Shown: positions 59,205 to 64,000 of the stretch, piece by piece | How positions within the stretch are numbered: position 1 is the first letter of the stretch | How the letters are laid out: every line of letters begins with the position of its first letter | From: Octopus sinensis | Lineage: Eukaryota | Assembly (NCBI RefSeq): GCF_006345805.1 | Contig: NC_042999.1 | Coordinates: forward strand, 139,500,001-139,564,000 | Direction of reading: 5' to 3' | Length of the DNA: 64,000 nucleotides | Notes under the pieces: generated by a model | Database searches by the model: none | What the model was told of the DNA's origin: nothing | Seen by the model: the letters and a program-made list of their open reading frames with translations, nothing else | Made by a program: the position numbers and the translations under genes

Positions 59205-62200
59205 CTGAAATATAATAAATGATAATAGTATGTTTATAGCTTGCCAACAATAGAATGACAGACACTTAAGAAATATGTTAATAAAGTAGAAAAATGTAGG
59301 CTTATGTTTTTCTGACTTTTTCAAAAGCTAATGACTCCTAAAAATCTCAAGCCACTGGAAGTCAATTTAAACGTCTTTTATTTGGAAGGGTTATTTCATT
59401 AATACCTTAATAAAATGAACTTGATTTTCTTTTTCTGTAAAATATTCTATTCTATATTAGTAAACAAATGTTTCGGTAAAAGTTATTTTCAAAGACTGAG
59501 TCATAAAATTTTCAGATAATAATAAAACCTAAAAAGTAATAAGTTCTATAACTTCTGATAACGGCACAAAAGATTTTTAATTATAAAGCAACAGATTTAT
59601 CTAAGAATTGCACCAGTAAGAACATACAAATCAACTACACCTACATTTCAGAAATATAGTGGGGAGTAGAAAGAATAGTTTGATATTAAGCCCATTAGAA
59701 ATTAAGCATAATTTTTTAGACTTAAAAGCAACATTTTTTAGTTATCATGATGATGACATTAGAAACAGTGGATCTTTTCCCTTTGAACGGCAGATTTAGA
59801 AAATATTTTTTTGCAACTAAACACTTTCAAACTTCGGTCACTGGTAGAATATGTCATATAAAACATCTTTTACTCTTAGTGTTGTTGAGAAATTTTCTAT
59901 TTTCAAAGTTATTTTGTGTTCAAGTAGTCGTATTTCAGTAATTTCAACCAATCAATGACGTATATTCAGCTGAATAAAATTACTGCCATTGCTTGTCAAC
60001 AACAACTATCGGCGGTGTATATTTCGTTTGTCACTGTTATTTATGACATCATTCGTGCATTTGTACTGGTTTTAGCTTTAAGGTTTTAGGGTTAGGGTAG
60101 GGTTTTAGAGTTAGAATTAGGGTTTGGGGTTAGGGTTGGAGTTACAGAAAAAAGTGAAAAATGAAGAAATTGGAGGGGGAGGCGGCAAAAAAGTCTTGTG
60201 GTGGTGCCATGAAGTAAACATGCTTCAGATACACTTGTTTATTCATACAAACGTAACTGAGATGAAATATGTCATAAATAACAGTGACAAACGAAATATA
60301 CACCACCGATAGTTGTTGACAAACGACAGCAGTAATTGTTGAAATTACCAAAATACGACAACTTTAACATGAAATAACATTGAAAATACAAACTTTTCTC
60401 AACAACACTAAAAGATGTTTTATATGACACATTCTACTAGTGTCCAAAGTTTGAAAGTGTTTAGTTACAAAAAATTAAATTCTCGATCTGCTGTTCAAAG
60501 GGTAAAGATCTGAAACAGTTTATAATGTGAAAAAGTTTACAACTGTATACTTACCATCACAGTAGATGAGCCATTGCTAATACTGGCATCACATAATTTT
60601 CTACTTCTCCACATAGATGCTAGGTTAGATATGACACAATGTTGATGACTAGTAACTAGCAATTTTCGTTTCAGTAAATCTTTTTTCCTAATTATTGATT
60701 TAGATACAGTTGTTTGATTTGGATCTTTCACCAGCTTTGATTTGGATGGAGTTATTTGAAATGGTGAAGTCAACACCTGAGCTGGCTTTGTAATATTTTG
60801 CGATGCTTGTGATAAACTTGAATCTTGCTGGACTGGCATTTTAGTAGTTAGATGTACACATTTTGAAGTCTTTGGAGATGATAAAGCACTGTCCATTTGC
60901 CTAAAATGAAAATTTGCAATTAATTCAGAAGAAATATATATAAGAGAAAAACAATAACTCAACAGCATTGTCAAAATACCATTTTAGTCATCACATACCA
61001 TATGTCATGTGATTGTTGATTTCTTAACTTTTGATTCTGCAGGTGTTGCTTCCCAAGGTGCTGTGTTTTATTCTTTTTTTCCTGTGTCATTTTTATCTGA
61101 GTGTTGAGGAAGTGAGGCACGATCAAAGAAAGAAATAAAAAGATAAAAGACTAATGAATTCATTTAAATGGAAATAATTGAGACTGTGATGAATTAATAA
61201 GTTATTTTAATGAAAATGTCAATGATAGCTAAAAATTCTTGTTTGTAAGGCTGACAAATAATGCTTAATTTCCACATTGAAACTTCCACTGAGGAAAAAT
61301 GGAATCTGTCAGCCAAATCCTCAAAAGCATTCAAAATCATCCTGAACAGAGAATCATCATCATCATCATCATTTAACATCCGCTTTCCATGCTAGCATGG
61401 GTTGAACGAATCTCTACAGAATTCCCAAACTTGAATGAGAATGGAGCTGCATGTTATACATATCCTATTCTGAAATCTGACATGATGGTAGATTGTTATA
61501 ATTTGACTTCAACATCAAATATATAGTAACTGCTGCCACAATTCACACAGACGTTCTCTGGTAGATTTTTTGCAGAAAATTTTTCAACATTGTAATTCCT
61601 GATTGAACTTACAATTTACAATTGATCTGACAGCAGCTTCATTAAATTTGTATTTTTATCATATACATTGATTCCAAAGTTATACTCAATTTATAATGGA
61701 TAGTGATCCCTCAACACTGTATAGTGTACATGATACTGTATTACAGGTGTGTATTTCTGTGTTGATGATAATATTAGATAATGAAATACTGAGCATGCTA
61801 AGTTACTTGGCTTGCCCACTGATGTTTATCAATTGCACATCTCCTAACCCTGACATGGAGATTCAAGGAAGGATACAAAGTATGACTGAGTCTTAATTCA
61901 CGATTTTGTTTTCTTAATCAAAATTGTGGACAGGCTGCAGTACTAAAAGTTGACATCACAAGAGACTTCATATCATAAACCTTCTTAATACATTTATCCT
62001 ACATATATCCTTGGTCTCTATAATTAATTGCAATATCAATGATCTCACAAATAAATTCTATAAGCTGATCTTTGTTATATTTCTCCTATTGGTGTGTGAT
62101 GCTTAAAAATGTATACCTGATATCTACCTTGAGACTTGTACGATAAGTATTTGTCCTCTGTTTCTGAGCTTCCAATCTTGCCTGTCTTTGTTCTGGTGTT

Positions 62201-62508
62201 TCTGCCCGCCGTCTAGCAAGCTCTCTTTGCCTATGATTTCGTAATCTTAATTGCCTTTCTTCTGCAGTTTCATTTTTCCGTCTTTCCTTTACCCTCATAG
62301 CATTCCTATAAGCATTTGTCTTCTGTTTCCGATCTTCTAATCTTGCTTGTCTTTGTTCTGGTGTTTCTGCCCGCCGTCTAGCAATCTGACTTTGCCTATG
62401 ATTTCGTAATCTTAACTGCCTTTCTTCTGTAGTTTCATTTTTCCGTCTTTCCTTTGCCTTCATAGCACTCCTGGTGAGACGACCCAGTGCTGATACTTTG
62501 GGAGGCAT
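58155..62508 (-). CDS. BTB/POZ gene A: STPR-like repeat N-terminus + central BTB + S/T-rich tail (about 624 aa)
   Basis: Exons 62128-62508, 60999-61096, 60555-60900 and 58155-59204 join in frame (phases 0,2,0) with GT-AG sites. The BTB is split as ...LASMWRSRKLCDASISNGSSTVM|VHKIVLSAVSPKLF...FVEYIYTGLLDL...LDMKDLQNLC. Stop TGA at 58155-58157. Confidence 0.82.
59771..60510. mobile_element. Foldback/MITE-like element with degenerate (TTAGGG)n centre
   Basis: Inverted arms 59771-60049 and 60269-60510 align with indels; centre 60080-60140 reads GGTTTTAGGGTTAGGGTAGGG...TTAGGGTT. Confidence 0.75.
60555..60900 (-). CDS. Gene A exon with N-terminal half of BTB
   Basis: ttttag / GTAAGT; ends HQHCVISNLASMWRSRKLCDASISNGSSTVM. 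Confidence 0.88.
60999..61096 (-). CDS. Gene A linker exon
   Basis: Long pyrimidine tract + ctcag acceptor, GTATGT donor, phase 0 to 2; IKMTQEKKNK...QQSHDI(W); not in the ORF track. Confidence 0.7.
62128..62508 (-). CDS. Gene A first coding exon, STPR-like repeats
   Basis: Acceptor ttttctag at 62521, ATG at 62508, donor AAG|GTAGAT. Contains the 23-aa unit ETTEERQLRLRNHRQSQIARRRA and ETPEQRQARLE repeats. Confidence 0.75.
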
Positions 62509-63640
62509 AACTTCATAACACTAGAAAACAAGACGTCCTATTATCAGAGAACATTGACACATTTTCTAGATATCTAAAACTAAAATTAGTACAATATCTT
62601 TTAAACATGTTACAAGCAACAAATTATACCAATAATCCTTTCCCAATTATGTCTACAGAAAACTAGTATTTATATGAAGATTCCAACTGAAATCTTAGTG
62701 TATGGTCTTCACATTGCACAATATTGCTCTTTATAAACGGAGTGTAAGGGATTAGCTCCCCTTGAAAACTATTGTAAATTCGCCATTTTACTAGCGATTA
62801 AACTTTGTATATACTAACACGTATTGGGTCCAAAATCTAAACTCCTGACATACATATATATATATAAAGCTGCTTTGCTGGAGTTAACGTGAGAAAAGTA
62901 GTAAAATGTGATTTAAAACATTGCCAAGATGGACACATATTTTAGTAATTAGTTCGATTCCAGGTTTGTAGTTTTATATCGAATTTAGAAATATCAGGGT
63001 TTTTTTTATTTAACACGAAGACAATTGGATATTTACCCGATATTTCATTTTAGATCTTTCAACATCACAAGGATACATATGTCAAGGAAATTTAATTGTA
63101 ACACAAATTCTGAATTCGACGAAATCAATGAGTATCTACCTTTTAATCTATTCTGGTGATCGCTGCTCGTTTAGTTTGTAAATAATGAACAGATTGGAAC
63201 GATTGGGTGGTTTACTGATTTTGAAGTCACAGAATAAACTATATATTTTCGTGTTTAATTGAAGCACGTTCATAAATTATTCTTATTGATTCTAATTTTT
63301 ATAAAGTCCCTAAGGCTTTGTATTTTCTTCCCAGAAAATTTGTTATAAGAAACAAATCGATTACAGAGTTGTTCTTTCCTAATATTTTTTAAAACGAATT
63401 TTGCGTAATGAGGAGTTTTTCTAAAATTTTCTATACATTATATTTAATTAGGATATAGTATCACATATATGTAAAAGATAGTTATATGGTATAAATATTT
63501 ACCCATATATTATTCACTAAAGCGCGACAGGCATGATTAACCATTCATCGCAAAAAGAGAAAAACAATATAGGTAAGCAGGAGGAAACAAAAAATTATAA
63601 TATTTAAGATGTGAAAATAATAGAAACAAATTAAACTTAC

Positions 63641-63760
63641 CCGAGAAGGGTCAAAAGTTGGTGCAATGTTAGTTTCCAGAGCCTGCAGGTTCGATAACTC
63701 ACTCACTTAACTAGCCTCGGAAAAATCTGAATGCCAATGATATGGCCGCTGAGCAAAGCT
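63641..63760 (-). other. Possible non-coding first exon of gene A (3' boundary at 63641)
   Basis: Strong donor CGG|GTAAGTTT at 63641/63640 upstream of the exon that has an acceptor at 62521. The 5' limit is a guess. Confidence 0.35.
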
Positions 63761-64000
63761 TCAAATTTCAGTAAAATATAATTTAATGTTAGTTGGTTTA
63801 AAATTATTTATTTTTAAGTAAATATTTATATTCAAGTGAACGAAAATTGAGTGTAATTTCATAATGTAATCTTTGGAAAAGTGGTGACGATATGATTAAC
63901 TAACCCAAATTTCCTGATGCAGACCACTATACCTATTGTTATTTGACAATATCAAAACCTGACGGTGCTATTGGTCTCAGGGGATCAGTGGTCGAATAGC

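Noticed and set aside
60080-60140. True telomere or chromosome-fusion scar
   Set aside because: Short, degenerate, single orientation and enclosed by inverted arms; better explained as part of a foldback element.
38049-62508. One long gene with two complete BTB domains
   Set aside because: The 58155-59204 exon ends in a stop at the position homologous to gene B's stop, and no convincing internal donor was seen; two paralogs fit better.

Overview
Eukaryotic, AT-rich, repeat-dense genomic DNA. The SINE/LINE/microsatellite landscape suggests a cephalopod (probably Octopus); this is inference from recalled repeat families. Three spliced protein-coding genes were reconstructed by hand on the minus strand, all with GT-AG introns and consistent phases. 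(1) The 5' part of IQCA1/DRC11: 11 exons, 452 codons, 31708 down to 167, continuing past the window start. (2, 3) A tandem pair of paralogous BTB/POZ genes with the same exon architecture but different first coding exons. Gene A (62508-58155) starts with STPR-like 23-aa repeats reminiscent of Helitron N-termini. Gene B (55379-38049) appears to start with a FAR1/ZSWIM3_N-like (MULE-type) domain and carries a duplicated, in-frame cassette containing the N-terminal half of the BTB. Introns and intergenic DNA hold a very young CsRn1-type Ty3/Gypsy element (6446-11429), mariner/Tc1, hAT, RTE, CR1, R4/Dong, CRE and Tx1-like remnants, and several tRNA-type SINE families. They also hold Penelope-type minimal hammerhead ribozyme motifs (one with an intact core at 20275-20345), long hairpins or foldbacks, and a 22-bp minisatellite. 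No rRNA, tRNA or CRISPR features were found. All family assignments rest on motif recognition by eye, not database searches.
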